64,000 bases of DNA from Dehalococcoidia bacterium (lineage in GTDB: Bacteria > Chloroflexota > Dehalococcoidia > Plut-88900), in contig OZ240215.1 in assembly GCA_965197585.1 (NCBI GenBank), positions 736,001 to 800,000 on the forward strand. The letters are read 5' to 3'. The position numbers and the translations under genes are program-made. Below the pieces are notes generated by a model, which saw nothing but the letters and a program-made list of their open reading frames with translations, made no database searches and was not told where the DNA came from. Positions 20,023 to 28,449 of the stretch are shown here, piece after piece. The first letter of the stretch is position 1, and each line of letters begins with the position of its first letter.

Positions 20023-21123
20023 TCAATTGTTGGCGGAGCGGATTCCCTTGGGGGTCTTGGTAATGACCCGCACCTTGCCGTTTTCCAAGACTACCATGTC
20101 TTCGATTCTAACGCCGCCCCAGCCGGGGATGTATATGCCGGGTTCTATGGTGAATACCATGTCCTTCCCGAGTACGCTGCTGCCCCGGGGCCCGACAACG
20201 GGAACTTCATGAACCGCCAAGCCTATGCCGTGGCCGAGGGAGTGTCCGAAGCGTTCGCCGTAGCCGGCGTCATCGATAACGGCGCGGGCCAGGGCGTCGG
20301 CCTCGTGGCCGGTCATGCCGGAGCGTACGGCGTCGATGGCGTTGAGTTGGGCGTCCAGCACGGTGTTGTAAACCTTGTCCATCTGTTCATCTGCGGTACC
20401 GACAACTATTGTGCGGGTGATGTCGCTGCAGTAGCCGTTGATTCTGGCGCCCATATCGATGACCACGGGTTCGCCGGACTGGATGGCTTTATCGGAGGGG
20501 CGGTGGTGGGGGAGTGCGCCGTTGGGGCCCGAGGCGACGATGGTGTCGAAGCTGATGGAGTCGGCCCCGGCGTCACGCATGGCTTTTTCGAGCTCCCAAG
20601 CGACCTGCTTCTCGGTCATGCCGGGCTCGATGGCCGGGACCACCTGGGCTAGGGCCTGGTCTGCGAAGGATGCGGCCCTGCCGATCTCGGCGATTTCGTC
20701 GGATCCCTTTACTTCCCGCAGGGTCTCGACCAAACCGCGGGTGGACATGAGGCGGGGGCGCTCCTCGGAAGGAAGGTCGGCGATGGAGCGTTTTATGGCC
20801 GAGTAGAAGCTGAAAGATACGTCGGATGCTTCGAAACCGAGGCGTCGGGGCTTGATCTCGGCGAGGGCCTCGTGGAACCAGCCGAAGGGTTTGGGCCCTG
20901 CCATCTTGAGCAGCGTGTAGTCGGGGCACTGGCGGGCGGACTGCTCGTAGTAGCGGAAGTCGGTGGCGATAAAGGCGTGGTCCCGGGAGATGATGAGAAA
21001 GCCGGCCGAGCCGCTAAACCCCGAGAGATAGAAGCGGTTCTCGGGTTGCGATATCAGGAGGGCATCGAGACCCTCAGCTTCGAGCTTTCTTCTGAGCTTT
21101 TGCGTTCTTTCCAATGCGCTCAT
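20023..21123 (-). CDS. Xaa-Pro aminopeptidase (M24)
   Basis: DMGA, YCSDITRT, HSLGHGIG, TIEPGIY, GVRIED. Confidence 0.93.
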   Translation of the reverse strand: MSALERTQKLRRKLEAEGLDALLISQPENRFYLSGFSGSAGFLIISRDHAFIATDFRYYEQSARQCPDYTLLKMAGPKPFGWFHEALAEIKPRRLGFEASDVSFSFYSAIKRSIADLPSEERPRLMSTRGLVETLREVKGSDEIAEIGRAASFADQALAQVVPAIEPGMTEKQVAWELEKAMRDAGADSISFDTIVASGPNGALPHHRPSDKAIQSGEPVVIDMGARINGYCSDITRTIVVGTADEQMDKVYNTVLDAQLNAIDAVRSGMTGHEADALARAVIDDAGYGERFGHSLGHGIGLAVHEVPVVGPRGSSVLGKDMVFTIEPGIYIPGWGGVRIEDMVVLENGKVRVITKTPKGIRSANN

Positions 21124-21135
21124 AGTGTGCCTATC

Positions 21136-21576
21136 CTAACCGCTTTTCTTAAGGGAGTCGACGAGCAAGTCGAGGGCCGAGAGATAACCCCTCCAGCCCT
21201 GACCGGCGATCTGCCCCCTGGCGATGGGAGCAATGACGGATACGGAGCGAAACTGCTCACGGGCGTGGATGTTGGATAGATGGACTTCGATAATTGGGAG
21301 GGCGGTGTCGGCGAGGGCATCCCGGAGGGAGAGGCCGTAATGGGTGAGGGCGCCGGGATTGATGACTATGCCGTCGGCGTTTTCGGACTCGGCCTGGAGG
21401 AAGTCGATAATTGTGCCTTCGTGGTTGGACTGAAAGAAAGATACGTCTGTGCCGAGTTCGGAGGCGCGGGTGGAAACGGCGGTCTCGATGTCGGCGAGGG
21501 TAGTCGTCCCGTACTGGGACGGGTCCCGCTTGCCGAGACGGTTCAGATTGGGGCCGTTTACTACCAGTATTCTCAT
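21136..21576 (-). CDS. aroQ: type II 3-dehydroquinate dehydratase
   Basis: NGPNLNRLG, QSNHEG, INPGALTH, EVHLSN. Confidence 0.96.
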   Translation of the reverse strand: MRILVVNGPNLNRLGKRDPSQYGTTTLADIETAVSTRASELGTDVSFFQSNHEGTIIDFLQAESENADGIVINPGALTHYGLSLRDALADTALPIIEVHLSNIHAREQFRSVSVIAPIARGQIAGQGWRGYLSALDLLVDSLKKSG

Positions 21577-22535
21577 TCAGAATCTTTGGAGGCTTGGGCC
21601 CTGGGATGGGCCTTTTCGTAAGTCTTGCGGGTCTCGGCGGTGGTCATGTGGGTGTAGATCTGGGTCGTGCCGAGGCTCTCGTGGCCAAGGAGCTCCTGCA
21701 CTACACGGAGGTCGGCGCCGCCATCCAACAGGTGAGTAGCGAAGCTGTGGCGGAGAGTGTGGGGATGGGCGGGCTCGAGGAGACCCCTCTCAAGAGAGTA
21801 CTTACGGACAAGTGTCTGGACGCTTCGGACGGAGAGCCGACCGCCACTGTTGTTGAGGAAGAGGGCTCGGTTCTTGGCGTTGGTTGAAAGTTGAGGTCTG
21901 CCGTGGGAGAGGTAGCGGGCTATGGCATCAAGGGCCTGCTTCCCGACCACGACGTCCCGCTCCTTGGAACCCTTGCCCAGGACCCGGAGTTCGCGGTTGC
22001 CATCGGCCACATCATCGGTGTCCAGGCTTACTACTTCGCTGACTCGGAGGCCGGTGGCGTAGATCAACTCCAGAAGGGCGCGGTCCCGCAGCCCGAGGGG
22101 GGTGGGGTCAAGGGGGGCCTCTACGAGGGCGGAAGCATCCTGAGGAGACAGGAACTTGGGAAACTTCCTGTCGAGTTTGGGGAGGCGGAGCCGGGCCACG
22201 GGGTTGGTATCGAGCCAGCCTTCTCTTACGAGAAATCGGTAGAAGGTGCGGAGCACGCTTATCTTGCGGGCCACGCTCCGCATGTCGTGGCCGTGCTTAA
22301 CCTGGTTGTTGGTGACCTGGATGCTGCGCTCGGTGGTGAGCCATGCGACGTACTTCCTCAGGAGATTCTTGATCTCCTTGCCGCCTACTTCTGCCAGGTC
22401 ATATATCCCGGTGTCTTCCAGGAAGTCGAAATAGGAATTGAGGTCCGTCCGGTAGTTGCGCACGGTGTAGGAGGAGAGGTTGCGCTCCCCTTCCAGGTAC
22501 CGGATGAATTTGTTGAGATACTGGTAGTGTTCCAA
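21573..22535 (-). CDS. xerC: chromosomal tyrosine recombinase XerC/D
   Basis: TGLRVSE, GKGSKER, HTLRHSFATH, LGH, TQIY; dprA-topA-xerC synteny. Confidence 0.88.
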   Translation of the reverse strand: MEHYQYLNKFIRYLEGERNLSSYTVRNYRTDLNSYFDFLEDTGIYDLAEVGGKEIKNLLRKYVAWLTTERSIQVTNNQVKHGHDMRSVARKISVLRTFYRFLVREGWLDTNPVARLRLPKLDRKFPKFLSPQDASALVEAPLDPTPLGLRDRALLELIYATGLRVSEVVSLDTDDVADGNRELRVLGKGSKERDVVVGKQALDAIARYLSHGRPQLSTNAKNRALFLNNSGGRLSVRSVQTLVRKYSLERGLLEPAHPHTLRHSFATHLLDGGADLRVVQELLGHESLGTTQIYTHMTTAETRKTYEKAHPRAQASKDSE

Positions 22536-22550
22536 GGTTGTGGCTCGGGG

Positions 22551-25001
22551 CTAGGCGGGTACGGGTTCCTCGGCGGCTTTAGGGGCAGCGTAGGGCTTGG
22601 CGTTCTTGCATTTCGGGTAGCCGGTGCAGGCTATGAAGCGGCCTCGTCTGCCGGATTTTATGGCCATGGGTTTGCCGCACTTATCGCAGGACTCATCGAT
22701 TATTTCCGGCGCCTGGCGAGACTGTTCGCCCGGGAGAGGTCGGGTGTTCTTGCACTTGGGATAGGCGGTACAGGCGAGGAATTTTCCCCTACGGCCCGAT
22801 CTAATGACCATGGGACTTGCACATTTTTCGCAGGCCTCATCGGTCTTTTCCGGTTGTTCTCGTTCGTCACCCGGAAGGGGTCGGGTGTTCTTGCACTTGG
22901 GGTAGGCGGTACAGGCGAGGAATTTTCCCCTACGGCCTGATCTAACGACCATAGGGCTTTCACATTTTTCACAGACCTCATCGGTCTCTTCCGGTTGCTC
23001 GCGTTCGTCGCCGGGGAGCGGCCTGGCGTTCTTGCATTCGGGATAACCCGTGCAGGACAGGAATTTTCCGTAACGCCCGACCTTGATAACCATAGGGCGT
23101 TCGCATTTTTCGCAGAAGATGTCGGTTTCCTCGGGTTCCTGGCCGGGGAGAGGCTTAGCGTTTTTGCACTTGGGGTAGCCGCTGCAAGATAGGAAACGGC
23201 CGTTTCGCCCCGCCTTGACGGTCATAGGCTCGCCGCATTTTTCGCAGACGAGGCCGGAGGCTTCGTCGGGGATGGCCTCAGATGCTTTGTCCAAGGCCTC
23301 CTGGAAGGGGTCATAGAATTCCCGGATTACGGGGACCCATTCACGCTCACCCCTGGAAATTTCATCAAATTCCTGCTCCATCTCGGCGGTAAAGCCGAGG
23401 TTCACGATATCGGGGAAGTGCTCGTTTAGGAGGGCGTTGACGCGAAGACCCAACTCCGTTGGGTGTATCCGGCCCTTCTCCTTGCTGATGTATTTACGGT
23501 CCTGGATAGTTGAGAGGGTCGGGGCGTAGGTGCTGGGCCGACCAATACCGTTCTCCTCCAGGGCCTTGATGAGAGAGGCTTCGGTGTAGCGGGGGGGAGG
23601 CTGTGTGAAATGCTGTTTCTGTTGAAGGGCCAGGAATTCCAGGGACTCGCCGGGGGAGAGTTCTGGGAGGGGTGGCTGCTTTTCGCTATCGGCTGTATCG
23701 TCGGCGTCCTCATGATAGAGGGTCAGGAAGCCGGGGAAGGCGGTGACGGAGCCCGTGGCGCGGAAGAGGTAGGTCTCGGCCGAGCCATTGGCCTCTATGT
23801 GGGCCGTAGTCTGGTCTATGAGGGCGGAGCTCATCTGGCTGGCGACCATACGCTTCCAGATCAGTTCGTAGAGCTTCGATTGGTCGTTGCTGAGATAGGA
23901 CTTCATGGCTGCCGGGTCTCGGTAGCAGGAGGTGGGTCGGATAGCCTCATGGGCTTCCTGGGCGCCCTTGGAGCGAGCTCTGTAGGCACGGGGTGAAGTG
24001 GGCACGTAGGCGGCCCCGAACTTTTCGGAGATGTACCTACGGGCCTCGTTGCGGGCCCCGTTGGAGACGGAAGGAGAGTCGGTCCGCATGTAGGTAATGA
24101 GGCCGATCTGGCCCTCGTTGCCGACGGGGAGGCCTTCGTAGAGCTGCTGGGCCACGGCCATGGTCTTCTTTGCCGTAAACCGTAGCTTTCGACCGGCCTC
24201 CTGCTGCAGGGTGCTAGTGGTGAAAGGCGGAGAAGGGTTACGCTTGGCCTGCTTTTTGTCGACCTTGGCGACGGTGTAGGAGGCCCCTTCGAGGGCGGTG
24301 GCTATGGCTGTGCTCTGATCCTCGGCGTCTATGGAAATCTTGCCGCGTTTGCCTTTCTGGTTGTGGAGCAAGGCTCGGAATGCGGTCTTCTTTGCGGCCT
24401 TTTGCTTATTGAGGTCGGCCTCGATTGTCCAGTACTCCTTCGGGACGAAGGCGGTGACCTCCTGTTCCCGGTCGGAGACCATGCGGAGGGCGGCGGACTG
24501 GACCCGGCCCGCCGACAGGCCCTTTTCGAGCTTGCGCCAGAGCAGAGGGCTGAGCCTGTACCCGACGACTCGATCCAAGACTCGGCGGGCCTGCTGGGCA
24601 TCGACGAGGTCCATATCGATTTCACGGGGATTGTCGAACGCCTCCGTAATCGCATTCTTGGTGATTTCGTGGAAGACGACCCGTTGAACGGGCATGCCTT
24701 TGATGTTGGAAGCCTCGAGGAGGTGCCAGGAGATGGCTTCGCCTTCCCTGTCGGGGTCGGTTGCCAGGTAGACGGCATCGGCGCCCTTGGCAGCCTTTGC
24801 GAGCTTCTGGACGGTGTCCTTCTTATTCTTTGGGACTTCGTAGAAAGGTGCGAAGTCTTCGGCAACGTTGACGCCGAACCGGTATTGGGGCAGGTCCCGG
24901 ACGTGGCCTAAAGAGGCCATCACGTTGAAGTCCTTGCCCAGTATCTTTTCGATGGTCCGGGCCTTGGCGGGAGATTCTACAATTACGAGTTTTTTAGCCA
25001 T
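22551..25001 (-). CDS. topA: DNA topoisomerase I with five C-terminal zinc ribbons
   Basis: LVIVESPAKA, DPDREGE, SAGRVQS, ITYMRTD; start set at MAKKLV. Confidence 0.97.
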   Translation of the reverse strand: MAKKLVIVESPAKARTIEKILGKDFNVMASLGHVRDLPQYRFGVNVAEDFAPFYEVPKNKKDTVQKLAKAAKGADAVYLATDPDREGEAISWHLLEASNIKGMPVQRVVFHEITKNAITEAFDNPREIDMDLVDAQQARRVLDRVVGYRLSPLLWRKLEKGLSAGRVQSAALRMVSDREQEVTAFVPKEYWTIEADLNKQKAAKKTAFRALLHNQKGKRGKISIDAEDQSTAIATALEGASYTVAKVDKKQAKRNPSPPFTTSTLQQEAGRKLRFTAKKTMAVAQQLYEGLPVGNEGQIGLITYMRTDSPSVSNGARNEARRYISEKFGAAYVPTSPRAYRARSKGAQEAHEAIRPTSCYRDPAAMKSYLSNDQSKLYELIWKRMVASQMSSALIDQTTAHIEANGSAETYLFRATGSVTAFPGFLTLYHEDADDTADSEKQPPLPELSPGESLEFLALQQKQHFTQPPPRYTEASLIKALEENGIGRPSTYAPTLSTIQDRKYISKEKGRIHPTELGLRVNALLNEHFPDIVNLGFTAEMEQEFDEISRGEREWVPVIREFYDPFQEALDKASEAIPDEASGLVCEKCGEPMTVKAGRNGRFLSCSGYPKCKNAKPLPGQEPEETDIFCEKCERPMVIKVGRYGKFLSCTGYPECKNARPLPGDEREQPEETDEVCEKCESPMVVRSGRRGKFLACTAYPKCKNTRPLPGDEREQPEKTDEACEKCASPMVIRSGRRGKFLACTAYPKCKNTRPLPGEQSRQAPEIIDESCDKCGKPMAIKSGRRGRFIACTGYPKCKNAKPYAAPKAAEEPVPA

Positions 25002-25006
25002 AAGGG

Positions 25007-26119
25007 TTACACTTGTGCAGGATAGGCAGGTCGGACTTCGCGAATCTTGATATAGCTCATTGCGCCGACCTGCTTGACTATTCCTTTCAGTTCCATCATA
25101 GCCAGAGTGCTGCTCACCGTCGATACGGGCAAGTTGCACTGGCGGGTGACTTCGTCGATGTGGATGGGTTCCCGGGACAGGAGCTTGATGAGGTCGGCCT
25201 CCGGGGCGGAGACTTCAAGCAACTCTTGCATGACGAGCTGCTCTGGGACTAGTTTGAGGTTTAGCTCTTCGAGGACATCCTCTATGCGCGTGACCAGTTT
25301 GGCCCCTTCCTGTAGCAGGCGGTTGGTGCCCCGGCTCTTGGGTGAAGTGACATTGCCGGGCACGGCGAAGACCTCCCGATTGTGCTCCAGGGCGTAGCCG
25401 GCGGTTATGAGCGCGCCGCTCTTTTCATCTGCTTCTACAACGAGGGTGCCGAGGGTGAGGCCGCTCATGATGCGATTTCGCCTGGGGAAGAAGTCGGGGC
25501 GGGGGCGGGTGTCGAGGGGGTAGTCACTGATGACCGCGCCGGACTCGGCGATCTCGTCTGCGAGGCGTTGGTGTTCGGGAGGGTAGACCATGTCGAGACC
25601 GCAGGCCTGAATGGCGAGGGTACGACCACCGGCATCAAGGGCGGCGCGGTGAGCTACGGAGTCTATGCCACGGGCCAGGCCGCTGACCACGGTAATTCCG
25701 TTGCGGGCGAGCTCTGTGGACAAGGTGAGGGCCATCTCCTTCCCGTAGGCGGTGGGCTGCCGGGACCCGATCACTGCGATGCCCCAATCGTCCTGCTCGG
25801 TGATTGCGCCGCGGACGTAGATTACGGGAGGGCGGTCGTATATCTGGTTGAGCCGGTCAGGGTAACGGGGATCGTGCCAGGTCAGGGGCTCGATGTTGCG
25901 AGCCAGGAGGTCGTACAAGACCGTATCGGGGTCGATGGCAGGGCGGCGGGACTGGATTGAGGTGATGGACCGGCTGTCTAGGCCCGCTTTCCGGAGGGCG
26001 GAGGGGCCTGCCGTCCAAGCAACTTCAAGGGAACCGAAATAGGCTTCCAGAGCAGCGTAACGGGCCCTGCCGATGCCGGGTATTCTGTTGAATGCAACCC
26101 AATACTTGAGGTCTTTCAT
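25007..26119 (-). CDS. dprA: DNA-processing protein DprA
   Basis: VSGLARGID, FPRRNRIMSG, SGALITA, AVPG, C-terminal winged helix; start set at MKDLKYW. Confidence 0.95.
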   Translation of the reverse strand: MKDLKYWVAFNRIPGIGRARYAALEAYFGSLEVAWTAGPSALRKAGLDSRSITSIQSRRPAIDPDTVLYDLLARNIEPLTWHDPRYPDRLNQIYDRPPVIYVRGAITEQDDWGIAVIGSRQPTAYGKEMALTLSTELARNGITVVSGLARGIDSVAHRAALDAGGRTLAIQACGLDMVYPPEHQRLADEIAESGAVISDYPLDTRPRPDFFPRRNRIMSGLTLGTLVVEADEKSGALITAGYALEHNREVFAVPGNVTSPKSRGTNRLLQEGAKLVTRIEDVLEELNLKLVPEQLVMQELLEVSAPEADLIKLLSREPIHIDEVTRQCNLPVSTVSSTLAMMELKGIVKQVGAMSYIKIREVRPAYPAQV

Positions 26120-26173
26120 GCGCGGCCATTCTAGCATAGGGAAATTTGGCTTCAAAATGAACGGGACGGGGAC

Positions 26174-26194
26174 TGGCGGAGAGGATGGGATTCG
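26174..26194 (-). other. att site: duplicated 3' end of tRNA-Ser
   Basis: reverse complement CGAATCCCATCCTCTCCGCCA equals T-loop, acceptor stem, G discriminator and CCA; similarity stops at the T-loop; lies at the core/accessory boundary. Confidence 0.8.
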
Positions 26195-26630
26195 GAGTTA
26201 GCTATGATTCACCTGCAGTTGAGTGGCCGTTACCACAATCCTTACCACGTTATTGATCTAGGGCAATCACACCTACAGTTCCGCACTCGGGTATGGTATC
26301 ACGCCTTTACATTGGATAAGACCGAAGTGGCTGGGTTCGGTTTGCCCTAAGCATCGCAGTGCCAGAGTGATTGCACACCGGTCCGCTTGGAAAGTTAGAA
26401 TCTCGCTGGGCAGCGCCTAGAGCGCAGGAAAGGCCGGGATCGTCCTCGGTGACTACGAGATAGGCCGGGATGCACGACAAATCGCTAAGACCACCGGCAA
26501 GCCCTTCCGAGAGATTGAAGAGGAGACGAATAACTATGGTAACGAGGATAGAGACGCCTTCTCCGAATACAAAACTAGATAGCAAATGCATTGGGGGCGA
26601 AGTTGAGAGGCTATGAACGGCATTGGGCCA

Positions 26631-27227
26631 TCAATCGCGGAGTTGGCGACAGAGCCTTATCGACCCGTGCGTCTCTCTCCCGCGACCGGTGTAATAGTGG
26701 CCTTCAAGCCGGTCGGGAGCATCACTGACCAGGACCGCCGTACCACGGAACTGCTGCATTGTCCTGACGGATTCAGCTTTAGGCTCGTTGTCGAAAAGGT
26801 AGGTCAGTACCAAACCCTCCGGCGCGTTGGTGAGAATGGAGGCTGTCAAGCTCCAAGAGCGGGACTCGGCGGCGTAAAGACGCACTACTAATTTTGTCCA
26901 TGTTTGCTCAATCGTAACCGTAACCGGTTGAATCTTATCAAACCCCGTATAAGAACTGGCAATCGTTCCCGTCCATGTGCCCCGTAATTTCGGCACGCTG
27001 ATTAGCCGCAGCGCTCTGAGGAGCGGCCATCTCCAGAGCCAGTTGTCGAAGGCCCAATAAGAGACACCAAAAGCCAAAGCGATAGACGGGATTGGAAGCA
27101 GCCACCGCATGGGGAGGAGTTCTGAGGGTATGAGCGCGGTTGCAATCCCGGATGCTATGACGCTGGCCATAAAGAGTATTCTCACCACGAAGACGCGCTC
27201 ACGGGAGTCTATGGTGTAGTCGTGCAT
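26631..27227 (-). CDS. cap15: CBASS Cap15-type 2TM + beta-barrel effector
   Basis: two N-terminal TM segments, FDNWLWRW, P.L.GTW.G, IEQTW, YYTGR; directly after CD-NTase. Confidence 0.85.
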   Translation of the reverse strand: MHDYTIDSRERVFVVRILFMASVIASGIATALIPSELLPMRWLLPIPSIALAFGVSYWAFDNWLWRWPLLRALRLISVPKLRGTWTGTIASSYTGFDKIQPVTVTIEQTWTKLVVRLYAAESRSWSLTASILTNAPEGLVLTYLFDNEPKAESVRTMQQFRGTAVLVSDAPDRLEGHYYTGRGRETHGSIRLCRQLRD

Positions 27228-27235
27228 CTCGATTG

Positions 27236-28129
27236 CTACCAGCCCTCATACTGCTTGACCAACGCGTTTATCATGATTCTGGCGTCACTTTCGTTCCACG
27301 AATCTGGATCGCTGTCAAACATAGGAACAGGCCTGTTTTGGCTGGAGAATCGCGATAAATCATTACCTTGCAGCCAATAGAGGGCGGATGAGTAGGCCGT
27401 TTGATACGAACCTGCCAGCAAACCGTCCGGCACGTTGTACAACAAGCACTCTATCCGATACGACTGCGCCGTGGTCGGCGCCAGGCGGCCCTCTTCCACG
27501 AGCTGGGCGCGTGCGTTCTTGAACATCCTTGTGGTCCGGCGGAACCACCAGTTTGTAGCTTTTTCCTTCTCGACGCCCTTTCGCCGGTGTAGGTGAGGGT
27601 AGCTGACGGCCCATCTGCTTTCCGTCGGCAGGTACAACCCCAAGCCTTCCATATTCTTGTAGTTGCGCAGGCCCACAAATTCCGTGTACTTGAGGTAGCG
27701 GACGGCCACCACTATGTCAACCGGAATTGCGGGCGAATCCATGACAAGTTTGAGTGTCTTCCTGCCTTCCCGAACCCGTGATTCTCCGAACACGGCAATA
27801 ACGGCTCTGAGCACGTCCCTGCGGAAACGTCTCCAGCCATAATCTTGCTTAGGAAAATTCTTGTGCAACAATTCCTTCTGAGAATCAGGTAGCCATGATC
27901 CGTCTCGTATTGGAATTGAAGTCAGTTCCGCGACGACGTCGACGTCGCTCTGGCGTCGGAGATGAGTGTTGTTCCGGTAAGAGCCTTGCAAATACGTCAT
28001 GTAGCGAACGCCTTCCGGCCATTGGTGTCGTGCCAAGGCATTGCGAATGGCGACGTGGGTATTCTTAGCCCCCTTGACCGTACCCGGTTGGGCCCAGGTC
28101 TTGAGTTGATTTTCCGGGATTGGCGTCAC
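27236..28129 (-). CDS. CBASS CD-NTase, CdnE-like
   Basis: IPENQLKTW N-terminus, LQGSY...SDVDVV, GRKTLK, ECLLYNVP; GTG start chosen. Confidence 0.9.
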   Translation of the reverse strand: MTPIPENQLKTWAQPGTVKGAKNTHVAIRNALARHQWPEGVRYMTYLQGSYRNNTHLRRQSDVDVVAELTSIPIRDGSWLPDSQKELLHKNFPKQDYGWRRFRRDVLRAVIAVFGESRVREGRKTLKLVMDSPAIPVDIVVAVRYLKYTEFVGLRNYKNMEGLGLYLPTESRWAVSYPHLHRRKGVEKEKATNWWFRRTTRMFKNARAQLVEEGRLAPTTAQSYRIECLLYNVPDGLLAGSYQTAYSSALYWLQGNDLSRFSSQNRPVPMFDSDPDSWNESDARIMINALVKQYEGW

Positions 28130-28449
28130 ACTAGTCCCACGCTGGCACACAACACAATAGGCTTGATTGTCTCGCGATAAGAAAGATCCCCACATATCCG
28201 AGTGGGGTTGGCCTCATGTCACTAGGTCGGACTGTACGATTTCCGGAGGTTTGTGCCCATTTAGTGATTCATTCGTTCCCGCCAAACCTCTTGCACATTC
28301 TGACCCTATTCATCGACCATGCAACAGGGCAGGACTCTATCGAGACTATCGTTCAGTTATTAGATGCGTACCTGGCCAATACATGTCTTCACGACAGTTC
28401 CCTGTCCATAAAGCAAGAATCAGATTTTGGTCCGATTTCCTGTTGGATC

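Noticed and set aside
21573-22535. xerC as the island integrase
   Set aside because: It lies outside the att site in conserved dprA-topA-xerC core synteny.
25002-25139. N-terminal extension of topA
   Set aside because: Overlaps dprA; the canonical TOPRIM start MAKKLVIVESP is at 25001.
26174-26260. Possible complete tRNA gene
   Set aside because: Only the 3' 21 nt match; no anticodon or D arm can be folded, so it is treated as an att fragment.
26307-26591. 94-aa ORF next to att site
   Set aside because: No motif or RBS support; may be a remnant.
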